Assembly (NCBI GenBank): GCA_008632985.1
Contig: QPGO01000129.1
Span: 62,001 to 126,000, forward strand
Source: Psammoneis japonica
Lineage: Eukaryota
Direction: 5' to 3'
Length of the DNA: 64,000 bases
The notes under the pieces: generated by a model
The model's database searches: none
Told to the model about the DNA's origin: nothing
Seen by the model: only the letters and a program-made list of their open reading frames with translations
Translations under genes and position numbers: made by a program
In this document: positions 33,792-45,848 of the stretch, in pieces
How the letters are laid out: each line of letters begins with the position of its first letter
How positions within the stretch are numbered: position 1 is the stretch's first letter

Positions 33792-36730
33792 ATGAATCTC
33801 TTTGGCTTCGGTCGGAGTCGTAGCATACCATTAGACGACGAAGCGTTGGAGATGGAGGAAGTCGAAGGTCTCGTTGCAAGCAACAACAAAAATAGCAGCA
33901 ACGGCCTTCACAGAGGGAAAACTCCATCAAGGCCTCATTCCGCAAAGATACCCATGTCTCGATGGTGTTTGGGCTTTGCTGCTGTTGGAATACTCGTGAC
34001 GCTTCTTTTTGCACTCGATATTATTGATCTGGGAGGCACCGCTAAAAATTTGGGGAAGAAATCAAAAGGCAAAGAATCGTCAAAGCAACAACCTGTGGAT
34101 ACAACGTTTTCAGACGATGGCTTCATTCCTCAGGATGTCATTCAAGATATCGTAGAAGCTACAGTAGAAACTGTATTGCAGAAACAACAGCAATCGCAAA
34201 CTGAAGGAGGAATGAATGTTACTGGAGAAACTACTGACGAAACACCTCATACAGAAGAAACTCCCGCACCAGCACCAGCTGCAGAGACACCAGCGACAGA
34301 GGCACCAGCGACAGAGGCACCAGCAACAGAGCCTCCAGCGACAGAGCCTCCAGCTGTAGAAACTCCTCCACCACAAGCGACGCCTGCTCCTCAAGTGACT
34401 CCTGCACCCGTCGCCACGCCAGATCCACAAGACCCAAAGCTCGCCTTTTTCAATGACTACCCTCATCGCGATGTTCCCAATGACAAGTTTCCGGCAGACG
34501 TGTGGCAATCCAATGCCAATTCCATCAAGGACTATTTAGCCAAGGCCACCAAGGTTGTCGATACAGCAATCAATGCAATTTTGCAGGAATATGGACAAAC
34601 CGACATGACCATGTTTCATTTGCAAATGGTGGATTTAGACAAGGGAGAGCGAAGCGGAAAGCTAGTCGATGGGGGATGGACTACTCGACGAAGCTTTGAT
34701 GGCTTGATTCGAAGGTGTTTGCATGCTATGATTACGCAAGATACCTTTACCTATGTGTTGGGTGGACACTCGGCGGCCGCTGGGCACGGGTAAGTTTTGT
34801 TGTTTTTGCCCTAGTTGATATTACTTTCTTTTCCATTTTTATACTCTCTCGCACTAACAATAGAACAACCACCACTCCCCTTCTTGTTGCAGCAATATTT
34901 TCCATCAAAGTTACACCATGCAGTTTCATGTCGTAATGGAGTCGGTCTTTCGTCAGCTAGGAGTCAAGCTGATTTCGCGCAATCTCGCTCAGGGTGGACT
35001 TGGTACCGTCCAATCAGCCATGGGATCGGGCAGCATTTATGGTAGTGAAGTTGATATGATATCTTGGGATTCTGGAATGACGGAGCGAAACGCAGACCAT
35101 ATCGATTTGTTCATGAGACAAGCACTGATTGGTGGCAATCGTGTTCCCGTGCTGTGGGGCGCCGATGCGGGTGGCATCTACATTACATTGCATCAAAATG
35201 CCAGTGCCGATGTTGGCCAGTTTGGTTCCGGTGCGGTTGGAATACCCGTAACCACAAATGAAACGCAAGCCGAATCCATTCCGTGGGCTTCAAGATTCAT
35301 GTCATGTGCCAGTGAACGACAAGACTTGTGTACAGTCAACAAGTTTCATGCCAATTGTTGGGTAGAACGACCAGACATTACTCCTCCCACAAAACAAGCA
35401 GAACATCCAGGATCTCAAGTTGGTTGGCATCCGGGGTTTCGTAAACATCAGCTTACGGGACGCATCCTTGCCATGACGGTCTTGCAGGCTCTCAAGGAAG
35501 GAATCGAGAAATGGAAACAAGCCGGAGGTACGCAGTCGTCACGAACGTTTCGTGTTTCCTCCTGATCCATGCTGACTGAGGAACTAATGTTCGTGCTTCT
35601 TTCTGATTCATTCTCTCTCCCCACAACATAGATACAAAACTCTTGCCCGAAACCGAATGGCACGTTGCCGATTACTACGAAAATATTCGTTCAAAAGTTC
35701 GAAATCTTCCGCCAGAGTTGGGCGCGTGCCATCAAATCAAAGCGGCTCTTCCGGAACGAATGTGCACCGTTCCAATGAAGGTAATGCCGCGTCGAAAGGC
35801 TTGTCTACTGGTATAGACTTCTCTCTTCATCTGTTCTCACCTATTGGCGTTCTCAATACTTTACAGGGACGAACAGAGTTCACCCCTCGAGCTAACCCCT
35901 TTGAAACCGCCTTGACGACCGTGTTGAGACCAGACGCTGATGGATATATCCCGTCGGTCACAGAACCACTGCTCTATGAGGGACCCGATGTGTATAATCC
36001 TTTTCTCCATCCACCAGAAGGCGAGGTGGATGTTGTCTCTATCATCAACGGCGCAACTCGTCTACGACAGTTGCAGCTAAGACAAACACCGAACCATCTT
36101 CGTAGAAAGGAAGCCACTCGTAAAACGTCGCGAGGCAGTAGCATGTGGGGCCGTTTCAGCAATATGTTGCGCCGTAAACTTGATGAAACAATTGTGGTTG
36201 GGAAGGGCTGGGAGGTACATTCGGAAGGCAACGGTAGATGTGGGGGGGAATATGACGATACGTGTGACCGGACCAAGGGCGACAGTTGTCTGTTGAGTGC
36301 ACATCACGACAGACGCGGCGGCTTAATTGGGAACGAATACAGTGGATGGATCGTCATGGATTTACCAGCTGTCAAGGAGGGTATCGTTGTCATCAAATTG
36401 GAAACTTGGCACTGGCCTGAAGAAAACATACGAACCAGAGGTTGGAATACGCCCAACAATGAAACTGCCAGCCGAAAGTTGAAACGCCAACCGCCCGAAT
36501 GGTGCGAGGAATTCTTCTTTGATTATGCAATCAATGGCAAGATTACATCGTTGAACAAGACGCAGTTTGAAGAAGCGAGAAAGAAAATTCAGCGCGTAGT
36601 TGAAACTGTGACGTTGTTGGACGATGAAAAGTTTGCTAATGGGCAAGAGCAGAATGTCGAGGTTGCATTTCGTCTACGTGGGTGTGGACGGCAAGACACA
36701 TTCAAGCTGACGCACGTTTATTGGGCTTAG
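33792..36730 (+). CDS. Type II membrane protein with Pro/Thr stalk and SGNH/GDSL-like domain; introns 34790-34892, 35528-35631 and 35781-35866
   Basis: N-terminal TM helix, PATE repeats, VLGGHSAAAGHG|NIFHQSY, RNLAQGGLGT and WHPG. All three GT-AG introns preserve frame. Confidence 0.8.
34280..34362 (+). repeat. 15-bp coding tandem repeat encoding PATE(A/P)
   Basis: Four to five copies of ccagc(g/a)acagag(g/c)c(a/t). Confidence 0.85.
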
Positions 36731-36860
36731 ACTAGTGACACGGTAGGTGCTGCAATGCGCACCCTTTCCTGCAAATGCTTACCGTACATAAGATAGGAAA
36801 GAGAAAAATCATTTTAGTTTCAATTTTTTGTACGAGTCGGTACATTAGTGCGTGCCGAGA

Positions 36861-39536
36861 TCAATAACTACGTCTACCACCCCCTTGGCGTCCTCTCTTG
36901 CCACCTCGATCCTCTTCACCCCACGACCCCCTTCGATCGTCTCTATCATTGCGGTCTCTCTTGCCACGCCCACCACTGTCGCGACCTGTTCCTCCTCTGC
37001 GATCGCTCTCACGTCCTGGCCCCATCCGGTCACGACCATCTCTCCGTCCACCATCACGTCGCCCGCCACCACGATCCGGTGACGAGCGTCTGCTGTTACT
37101 ACCACGGTCCGGTGGGGCTTGATGACGACCAGGGGAAGGTCGGTCTCCCTGACGGCGTCCCCTTCCGCGTCGATCACTGTCTCGAGATGGCGGGGGTTGT
37201 TTCTGTTGGGATTTCTCCTCACGGCGTTCCTTCGACGAGCTACGTTCCTTTGCGTTACCTTCTGCAGAGGCCTTGCTTTTGGTGCTATTATCCTTTTTTC
37301 TTGGACCATCCTTACTGTCTCGAGATGGCGGCGGCTGTTTCTGTTGCGATTTCTCCTCACGGCGTTCCTTCGACGAGCTACGGCCCTTTGCTTTACCTTC
37401 TGCAGAGCCCTTGCTTTTGCTGTTGTCATTTTTTCTTGGACCATCTTTCTTGGCACTATCCTTCTTGACACTGCCTCTTTTGGAACTTTCCGCTTGTGTG
37501 GGTTTTTCTGATCTTCGTTGCTTTTCTTTGTCTCCGTCTTCCGTTGCCTTTGTTTCCTTTTCTTCCTTCTTGGCAGGGGGCGATGCTTCCGCTTCCTTCT
37601 TGTTTTCCTCGTCGCTTTTCTTCTTTGTATCCTCTTCTGGATCCTGTTTTTCTTCTTCCTCGTTTTCTTGCTTGGCAAGTTCTTCCTCTTCTTCCAATGC
37701 GGCCTTTTCAAATTCTGCTTTATTAGAGTCCTTGGTATCCGGCGCATCCTCGGCCTTGGTCTCCTCTTCTTCCATTGGAGACCCGACACTGACGTCATCT
37801 GATAACGTTTCTTGTGATTCTTTACTACTCTCTGTCTTGCCAGGCTCTTCGAATTCTTCCAAAGGCTCGGCATTGACTTCGGGGGCGTCTCCGGGAATGT
37901 CTTGATCCTTGTCTTTCTTGAACACATGTCTCACCAATCCTTCAAAGTCACCATCTTGGCGTCTCACTTCGCCAAACATTCCAAGGTGCGTTCTTGCCAA
38001 GAGCCGCATGGTCCTCCAGCAAAAGCTCTTATCATTCTTCGGGTGATATTCGGCTTCGATACCTGCTTCCGGATCCAAGGCTTCAACGTAATCCTCCAAA
38101 TGACTGTATACGTCCCGCGGCACAACGTTTTCCACCATGGCCCGTGATATAGCCGGCAAGTCTTCCTTGACATTAATGGAGAAATGAAACTCGTCATTAT
38201 TCTTGTCAGAGATTAAAGCCTTGTTGGACCTGGGTGTAGGCAAAGTCTCCTTGCCACTGCTCTTCTTTTCCAAATCGGGAGTACACTTGTTTTTCTTCCA
38301 CTTTCGCCACATGGACTCCCGTTCTTGCAACAGCCATTCCAACGTCTTTAAATGCAACGGGCCATGAGGCAGTGTATGGCGAAGTAGATCCTTGACTCGT
38401 TTGGTCACTGTCGACAAGACATTCTTGTCAAGGTAGGATTCAATAATTAGAAACTGCGTCAGAAAATGAATACGAACCTCGGCATCACGCAGTTGCAAAT
38501 GCAACAACTGACTGTTGGTAAGATACTTTGAGCACGAAGAATGCCTTGGTGTCGTTGAAGTTGCAGCTACAGTTTCGTGGGCCTTGCCATTGGTGGCCTG
38601 TGCAGTTTGGGATTCCAACACGGACAGTATTCGTTGCATCTTTTGAATAAAGCTAGACACGTCTGCCATAGCGTTGGGATTGGCAAAGTCTTGCTGAATA
38701 CTCCAGAATGTTTGATAAAAGTCGTAATCCTTTTCAACTCCAACCTCCTCTCCATCGTCCATAGCTGTTGTCGTTGGTCCCTCTTGGCTGCCACTATCAC
38801 TCGTGCCACTCGCCAAGAGCTGCTTTTGCTGTTCAAATTCTTCCAGTGATTCATACTGCGTCACGTTATCGGTATGAAAGCTCCCCAGCACATTCACCGC
38901 CGATCGTTCCGAGAGTGGAAAGACGGATGCTAAACTCTTGAGAATATCTCCAGCCCAAGCATCACCTTGACTCGATTTGCGAAGCAGTTTGTTGCAGAGG
39001 CGAATCCAAACCAAGTGAGAAGTCTTGACCCAGAGGAGCGACGTTGTTTTGTCTCCTCCACATAACAGCGGAATTGACGGCTCGACCGTATTGGTCCATA
39101 CTTTTAAAACGAGATGAAGAGGAAGCGTCTCGACAATGTCTTCCAGCAACACAAAGGGAAGCTTGCGAACGACTGCTGCTCCCATGCCAGCATAGGCTTC
39201 GTGCTTATCTTTTGTAGAAAAGTACACCAAATGCAAACAGGACTGTAAGGCTGCTATCCAAAACTCTTGAATCTGTTGTAGCAATGTCACATTTTTATCG
39301 TCCTGCAAGAGGCTTGTCGACAGTTCCAACAGGTGAGATCGCAGATCAACCTCGAGTGAATCCATACGAGCTGCTGCAGACGGTTGTGTAGTTTTCTCTT
39401 GCAGACATGATTCAATCAATGATTTTACAGGATCCTGTAGGGTCTGCATATACAACTCTTCTTCATACGGAAGAGAGACCGAATCAATCTCCATGGGCTC
39501 GGGTTTCGCAGGCGACGCCATGGTGTCCGTCATCAT
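36861..39536 (-). CDS. THOC1: THO complex subunit 1 (Hpr1) with a long charged/RG-rich tail
   Basis: VFPLSERSAVNVLGSF, FYQTFWSIQQDFANP, KYLTNSQLLHLQL, RE..WRKWK...C and WRTMRLLA. Start inferred at MMTD. Confidence 0.85.
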   Translation of the reverse strand: MMTDTMASPAKPEPMEIDSVSLPYEEELYMQTLQDPVKSLIESCLQEKTTQPSAAARMDSLEVDLRSHLLELSTSLLQDDKNVTLLQQIQEFWIAALQSCLHLVYFSTKDKHEAYAGMGAAVVRKLPFVLLEDIVETLPLHLVLKVWTNTVEPSIPLLCGGDKTTSLLWVKTSHLVWIRLCNKLLRKSSQGDAWAGDILKSLASVFPLSERSAVNVLGSFHTDNVTQYESLEEFEQQKQLLASGTSDSGSQEGPTTTAMDDGEEVGVEKDYDFYQTFWSIQQDFANPNAMADVSSFIQKMQRILSVLESQTAQATNGKAHETVAATSTTPRHSSCSKYLTNSQLLHLQLRDAEVRIHFLTQFLIIESYLDKNVLSTVTKRVKDLLRHTLPHGPLHLKTLEWLLQERESMWRKWKKNKCTPDLEKKSSGKETLPTPRSNKALISDKNNDEFHFSINVKEDLPAISRAMVENVVPRDVYSHLEDYVEALDPEAGIEAEYHPKNDKSFCWRTMRLLARTHLGMFGEVRRQDGDFEGLVRHVFKKDKDQDIPGDAPEVNAEPLEEFEEPGKTESSKESQETLSDDVSVGSPMEEEETKAEDAPDTKDSNKAEFEKAALEEEEELAKQENEEEEKQDPEEDTKKKSDEENKKEAEASPPAKKEEKETKATEDGDKEKQRRSEKPTQAESSKRGSVKKDSAKKDGPRKNDNSKSKGSAEGKAKGRSSSKERREEKSQQKQPPPSRDSKDGPRKKDNSTKSKASAEGNAKERSSSKERREEKSQQKQPPPSRDSDRRGRGRRQGDRPSPGRHQAPPDRGSNSRRSSPDRGGGRRDGGRRDGRDRMGPGRESDRRGGTGRDSGGRGKRDRNDRDDRRGSWGEEDRGGKRGRQGGGRRSY
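37176..37451. repeat. 138-bp (46-aa) tandem duplication in the THOC1 tail
   Basis: actgtctcgagatggcg at 37176 and 37314; KERREEKSQQKQPPPSRDS occurs twice in the protein. Confidence 0.85.
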
Positions 39537-40311
39537 GGTTGTTTTGTTTGTTTTTTGTGTGTGTGCTGTCTGACGGCTGACGGACCGTCGTGGGACTTTG
39601 TGCGCGCCCTGCGTGCGCACATGATGATGCGGGAGATCGACAGACGTTATCCGCACCAAAAAAACTCAAATTTCCTGTAGACTGGAGTTGGAGTAGGTAA
39701 ACTTACATCCAACTATGGCAACAACAGCCGCAATATAAAGCCTGTCGATTATTAGAAAAGCTCTTTTACATGTAGTGCTAATGATTAATACATTATGAAT
39801 ATTTCGGTCGTACGAGTAAGATAGGCGAGAGAGGGTTGGTCCGTGGTAGGATGAAGAAGATCTTTTTGGAACGCAGGTCACATTCAGCAGATTAAAGATG
39901 CGACCCAGTAGGAAAAGAATCTTTTTATGACTTGAATTCTCTAGAAGGATTGAAGTATCCGAAACAGCATTTAATCGCTTCTAGTAAGGCGTATTCAGCA
40001 GATTTGAACCTTGAAAAAGATTCCCGTGACTTCAATCGTCTTTAAGTATGGAAGATGCGTTTCATTTTTTTTGAAAAGAGAGGACTGTCTAAATGAGATA
40101 CCAGGGATACTACAAAAGTTTTTAAGTTAAAGCTTTCAGCGCATTTAGCCAACACAGCCTCAAGGATCGTCTCGAGACAACAACATGAGACAACGATAGA
40201 GGCATATCTCACAAATCACAGAAAGTAAACCGGTAAGGGATATTGAATACATACATGCAACAAGAAGAACCAGTGTTTCCCCACCCCCCATATTCTGAAT
40301 CCGTTGCAGCT

Positions 40312-41043
40312 CTACCACATCAAAGGAACAGCAAGAAATATCATGGCAAGTAATGCCGTCACATTCAAGGAGTTCGACATGGCAGAATCCTCAGTATCAG
40401 AGAAACCCTTGAATTCGACGTCGTCACCGCACTCGAGAGTAAGTGCCTTTTGCTCTTCAACCGTGTCAATGTTTCTGCAAAAGGTCGAGACCAAATCGCC
40501 GCCAGGAACATTATTACAGTTGGACGTCATTACAACAACTTCTTGTGGAATTTCAGGAATGTCATCGCAAATGTCGCAGGCAACACACTTTGTGTCGGCG
40601 AGCGATGCTTCGCATCGTATAGGCTTCCTGTTGGAGTAGAAGACGTCAACACAACGAGACTTGCCGTCAAAGCTATCGGTTCCTGAAGTGAAGGACGTGC
40701 AGACCGACTCGGAAATGGGATTGCCAATCGAGTCATACTTCAAGATCTGCTTGATGGTTCCGCATACTTCGCCGCAGCATGCTTCTCCTTTTGCCGAGCA
40801 AGAAATACTATATGTGCCGCTACAGCTGCAGCTAAAGGGATATCCGTGTATCTGTTCGAAGAGGGTTTCAAGTTCATCTTCAAGTCGATCACAGGTGGAT
40901 TGCAAGTGGCGACCGTTCTCTGCGCTGTCTTGAAAGATGTGGTCGACTTTGGCTCCTAAGCCATTCATCACAGGCGTGACAGCAAACGATACGTCGGCTA
41001 TTACACTTAGAAAGAAGAGGGATAGAGGGGATACTTTCATCAT
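40312..41043 (-). CDS. Secreted Cys-rich cell-surface protein, possibly GPI-anchored
   Basis: Signal peptide, RHLQ (RxL) motif, many Cys residues and a hydrophobic C-terminal tail. Confidence 0.75.
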   Translation of the reverse strand: MMKVSPLSLFFLSVIADVSFAVTPVMNGLGAKVDHIFQDSAENGRHLQSTCDRLEDELETLFEQIHGYPFSCSCSGTYSISCSAKGEACCGEVCGTIKQILKYDSIGNPISESVCTSFTSGTDSFDGKSRCVDVFYSNRKPIRCEASLADTKCVACDICDDIPEIPQEVVVMTSNCNNVPGGDLVSTFCRNIDTVEEQKALTLECGDDVEFKGFSDTEDSAMSNSLNVTALLAMIFLAVPLMW

Positions 41044-41331
41044 GTTGATGGGATGCTGTTTGGTACGACTGCTTTCATTTTATTATTTATGGGGTTGTTG
41101 CGGTGGCAACGGTTTCGGAGTTCTGATACGTTATGGTGCATCCGAACCTGAAGTGTCACCCACCGCACAGCCACGACCGAAGGCGGGACTAAACTTTCGC
41201 ACGTATCTTTTGCGCGCAGGCTGGGATCAAAGATATCCTTCAAGATCCGAGATTCCAGTTTTGTTTGATGTTGAACCATGACATTCTAGTGTGGCAATGG
41301 GAGAACACGTCATCGATCCACTGCGGGGATC

Positions 41332-44300
41332 TGTCACGACGAAAGTTGTGAAAACCGATTCTCAAGAATCAGGGTGCCGATTCTCAAGAATCTGATTTCC
41401 GTTGAACGCAAAATTCGAGCTCGACGTGCGTGCTCAACGGATGATTCACAAGTTCCGCCGTCCTGTTTTCTTAAGAATCGAAGTTCGATTCTTGAGAATG
41501 GCTGTTGCTGATTTTTGTGAAAACTCCTGACACATCACTCATTTGCCAGTTTAAAAATTTAACGTCACGTTTGTTCAATCATCAAAGAATGCATGTGAAC
41601 ACAAAGCGATTTTCGTGCCGACTTCGAAGCTGTGAACGACAATGGCGGCTTCGACGCAAGAAGCAACACCATTCAAGACATTGCGACAAACACTTCAACC
41701 TTGTTCGACAGCACTTAGTTTGTGACACTTGTGAGAGTCTTGCTTTGCTTTGAAAGCCGCTTTGGAGTCGAAAAAACCGTCAAAACACTCGTGCGCCGAT
41801 GTTGTTGTTGTGCTCTTTTGACCGAAAAGCAATGAAGAAGTCAATTCTTCTCAGATTTTTTGATTCATTGACATGCAAGCCATTGAGATGCAATGCATGG
41901 TTGATTGTTGGGACTGTTGATTGACTTGTCATCGACAATGATCGCCATTTTGACTTTGGATTCATGTGGCAGATTTTTCACAAGAATTCCCTTTTCACAA
42001 GATTCCAATTCGTGGCACGAGCTCCGATTCTCAAGAATCGATTTTCACAAGATTCAGTCTCCGATTCTCAAGAATCGTCGATTCTCAAGAATCGTCGTAA
42101 CATCTGTCACGACGAAAGTTGTGAAAACCGATTCTCAAGAATCCGGGTGCCGATTCTTAAGAATCTGATTTTTGTTGAATGCAAAATTCGAGCTCGACGT
42201 GCGTGCTCAACGGACGATTCACAAGTTCCGCCGTCCTGTTTTCTTAAGAATCGAAGTTCGATTCTTGAGAACAGCTGTTGCTGATTCTTGTGAAAACTCC
42301 CAGTGCATCACTCATTTGCCAATTTAAAAATTTAATGTCATGTTTGTTTGATCATTGAAGAACGCATGTGAGTGCAAAGCAATTTACGCACGGACTTCGA
42401 AGCTGTGAACGACAATGGCGGCTTCGACGCAAGAAGCGACACCATTCAAGACATTGCGACAAACACTTCAACCTCATTCGACAGTGCTCAGTTTGTGACA
42501 CTTGTGAGAGTCTTGCTTTCTTAGAAAGCCGCTCTGGAGTCGAAAAAACCGTCAAAACACTCATGCGCCGCTGTTGTTGTTGTGCTCTTTCGACCGAAAA
42601 AGCAATGAAGAAGTCAATTCTTCTCAGATTTTTTGATTCATTAACATGCAAGCCATTGAGATACAATGTGTGGTTGATTGTTGGGACTGTTGATTGACTT
42701 CTCGTCGACAATGATCGCCATTTTGACTTTGGATTCATGTGGCAGATTTTTCACAAGAATTCCCTTTTCACAAGATTCCAATTGGTGGCACGAGCTCCGA
42801 TTCTCAAGAATCGATTTTCACAAGATTCGGTCTCCGATTCTCAAGAATCGTCGATTCTCAAGAATCGTCGTAACATCTGTCACGACGAAAGTTGTGAAAA
42901 CCGATTCTCAAGAATCCGGGTGCCAATTCTTAAGAATCTGATTTCCGTTGAACGCAAAATTCGAGCTCGACGTGCGTGCTCAATGGACGATTCACAAGTT
43001 CCGCCGTCCTGTTTTCTTGAGAATCGAAGTTCGATTCTTGAGAATGGCTGTTGCTGATTCTTATGAAAACTCCCAATGCATCACTCATTTGCCAATTTAA
43101 AAATTTAACGTCATGTTTGTTCAATCATTGAAGAGTGCATGTGAACACAAAGCGATTTTCGCACGACTTCGAAGCTGTGAACGACAATGGCAGCTTCGAC
43201 GCAAGAAGCGACACCATTCAAGACATTGCAACAAATGCTTCAACCTCATTTGATGGTGCTCAGTTCACAACACTTGTGAGAGTCTTGCTTTGCTTTGAAA
43301 GCCGCTCTGGAGTCGAAAAAACCATCAAAACACTCGTGCGCCGATGTTGTTGTCATGCTCTTTCGACCGAAAAAGCAATGAAGAAGTCAATTCTTCTCAG
43401 ATTTTTCGATTCATTAACATGCAAGCCATTGAGATGCAACACATGGTTGATTGTTGGGACTGTTGATTGACTTGTCGTCAACAATGATCGCCATTTTGAC
43501 TTTGGATTCATGTGGCAGATTTTTCACAAGAATTCCCTTTTCACAAGATTCCAATTCGTGGCACGAGCTCCGATTCTCAAGAATCGATTTTCACAAGATT
43601 CAGTCTCCGATTCTCAAGAATCGTCGATTCTCAAGAATCGTCGTAACATCTGTCACGACGAAAGTTGTGAAAACCGATTCTCAAGAATCCGGGTGCCGAT
43701 TCTTGAGAATCTGATTTCCGTTGAACGCAAAATTCGAGCTCGACGTGCGTGCTCAACGGACGATTCACAAGTTCCGTCGTCCTGTTTTCTTAAGAATCGA
43801 AGTTCGATTCTTGAGAATGGCTGTTGCTGATTCTTGTGAAAACTCCCAATGTGTCACTCATTTGCCAATTTAAAAATTTGACGTCACGTTTGTTTAATCA
43901 TTGAAGAATGCATGTGAACATAAAGCGATTTTCGCACCGACTTCGAAGCTGTGAACGACAATGGCGGCTTCAATGCAAGAAGCGACACCATTCAAGACAT
44001 TGCGACAAGTGCTTCAACCTCATTCGACAGCACTTAGTTTGTGACACTTGTGAGAGTCTTGCTTTGCTTTGAAAGCCGCTCTGGAGTCGAAAAAACTGTC
44101 AAAACACTCGTGCGCCGATGTTGTTGTTGTGCTCTTTTGACCGAAAAAGCAATGAAGAAGTCAACTCTTCTCAGATTTTTTGATTCATTAACATGCAAGC
44201 TGTTGAGGTGCAATGTGTGGTTGATTGTTGGGACTGTTGATTGACTTCTCGTCGACAATGATCGCCATTTTGACTTTGGATTCATGTGGCAGATTTTTCA

Positions 44301-44422
44301 CAAGAATTCCCTTTTCACAAGATTCCAATTCGTGGCACGAGCTCCGATTCTCAAGAATCGATTTTCACAAGATTCGGTCTCCGATTCTCAAGAATCGTTG
44401 ATTCTCAAGAATCGTCGCAACA
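41332..44422. mobile_element. Head-to-tail tetramer of a ~771-bp non-coding TIR element (TGT...ACA ends; Ginger/IS3-integrase-like termini)
   Basis: Period 773 (atctgtcacgacga at 41329, 42102, 42875 and 43648). Unit ends are tgtcacgacga / tcgtcg(t/c)aaca, internal junctions are ACA-TC-TGT, and GATC flanks both outer ends (41328-41331 and 44423-44426). Confidence 0.8.
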
Positions 44423-44426
44423 GATC

Positions 44427-45306
44427 CAACACCCTGATGTGCTGCAGTGCATGTGTGGTGACAATGACGATTGATGTGGCCGCAAGACTTGTGAATGTCG
44501 TGGTCACGACACTGTTGGCATCGTCTTCGACGACGTTGGAAGTTTGCATGTCTCCCGGCTGCATTGCCGATGGCACTTCCGAAACACTGAGTTGACTGCA
44601 AGCTCTAGCGCTGCCCTCGGTTTGTGTCAAGCCCGGTGGTTGTACTTCAGCATGCGGAAAAGGACCCGCAGTTCAGCAAGATGGAAAGATCTTACACAAA
44701 TGTGCCAAGGACGATGCAATTTGGCCAAATGTGTTGGACGAAGAGGATTCATTGAAGTTGACACCTTCGGAACTCTCCACAGGTTACAACAAAGCTTGCA
44801 TTGCAAAGGAAGCACTCACAAGAAAAGACTACAAAGAAGCACTGTCCTCATGTGAAGAAAGCATGAAACTCGCCATGGACATTGCGTTGTCTCGAAGCAA
44901 TGGCGAAGGCGACGAAGGAGGTGAGCTTCCAGGCAGTCTGCACTGGATCTTTGACGCGCATGCTGGCTGGGCGAGATCGTTGTTGGAACTTGGAGAGAAA
45001 GAGAATGCTCGCAAAATTTGCCAAACATCATGTGATGTTTCAAAAGGTCTTCATGCGGAATCATCAGAGCCAATGGCACAAATTTGTCAAGCCCCAAATG
45101 ACAGCAAAGGGGAGCTTGAGGCCCTGAAGCTGTTCTTGGCACTACCGTCTCCAGATCCAGTACCTTTGGCAATGTCAAACAAAAGACGATCTCTTGGCTT
45201 TCGGGTGGCAAAGCTCGAGCGTGAACAGCAATGGACTTTGTTGACAGCCTCGAAGTTCTGTGAGACAGAAGGCATTTTCACCCACGCGAGAGGAGCTCGC
45301 CTTTAA
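44427..45306 (+). pseudogene. Thioredoxin-like [2Fe-2S] ferredoxin domain plus TPR-like helical protein, disrupted; 5' end probably at 41297-41331
   Basis: One frame reads LEVCMSPGCIADG...ETLS*LQALA...KPGGCTSACGKGP and continues into ORF 44731..45306. Single premature TGA at 44593-44595. Confidence 0.7.
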
Positions 45307-45848
45307 TTTCAACCGCTTACACTTTAGCGAAAAGTGAAATATGAACTCGTTGTTTGCAAGAAATAGCTCTACAGATGATAGTACAGTCACGTAGTATAAT
45401 TTTGAGAACTGCGGCATTGACTGGGGCCACCAGCTTCTGATTTCGATTGGCAAAGTCGCGCACGGTTCCGCAGGCAGCTTCTAACGTGCTCTCGCGTAAA
45501 AGGAAATCTCGGGACGTTTCTTCTTTCTATAGAAAGTAGACGTGGCTCTTAGCAACGTATTCTTGTCAATACTAGGCCGAACAAGAATTGCTGGAGTGGA
45601 TTGGGCTGGATCGCCCGATTTCGTTGATTCTTGAGAAAATGTGAGGGGCGAATTTTTTATAGACATTACAATGACCATATGTTATTGAATGTTCGATGCG
45701 TTGAACGGATTATGCCGCTCATTTTTTCGCACCAACGCAAACAACCTCACCATCTCATCAACTCATCAAGCTCTTCGCCGACATCGACAGATTGTTTTTA
45801 ACTTTCTAGACTCTGCTGGATCGTATTCATAGGAAGATCAAGAAAACA

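Noticed and set aside
36845..37927. Long alternative-frame and antisense ORFs over THOC1 (similar cases over RACK1 and dapF)
   Set aside because: Shadow ORFs of low-complexity or codon-biased coding sequence.
41505..44474. Repeated 60-130-aa ORFs in the 773-bp array
   Set aside because: Frames are not conserved across copies, and the ORFs arise from palindromes and stop-codon loss.
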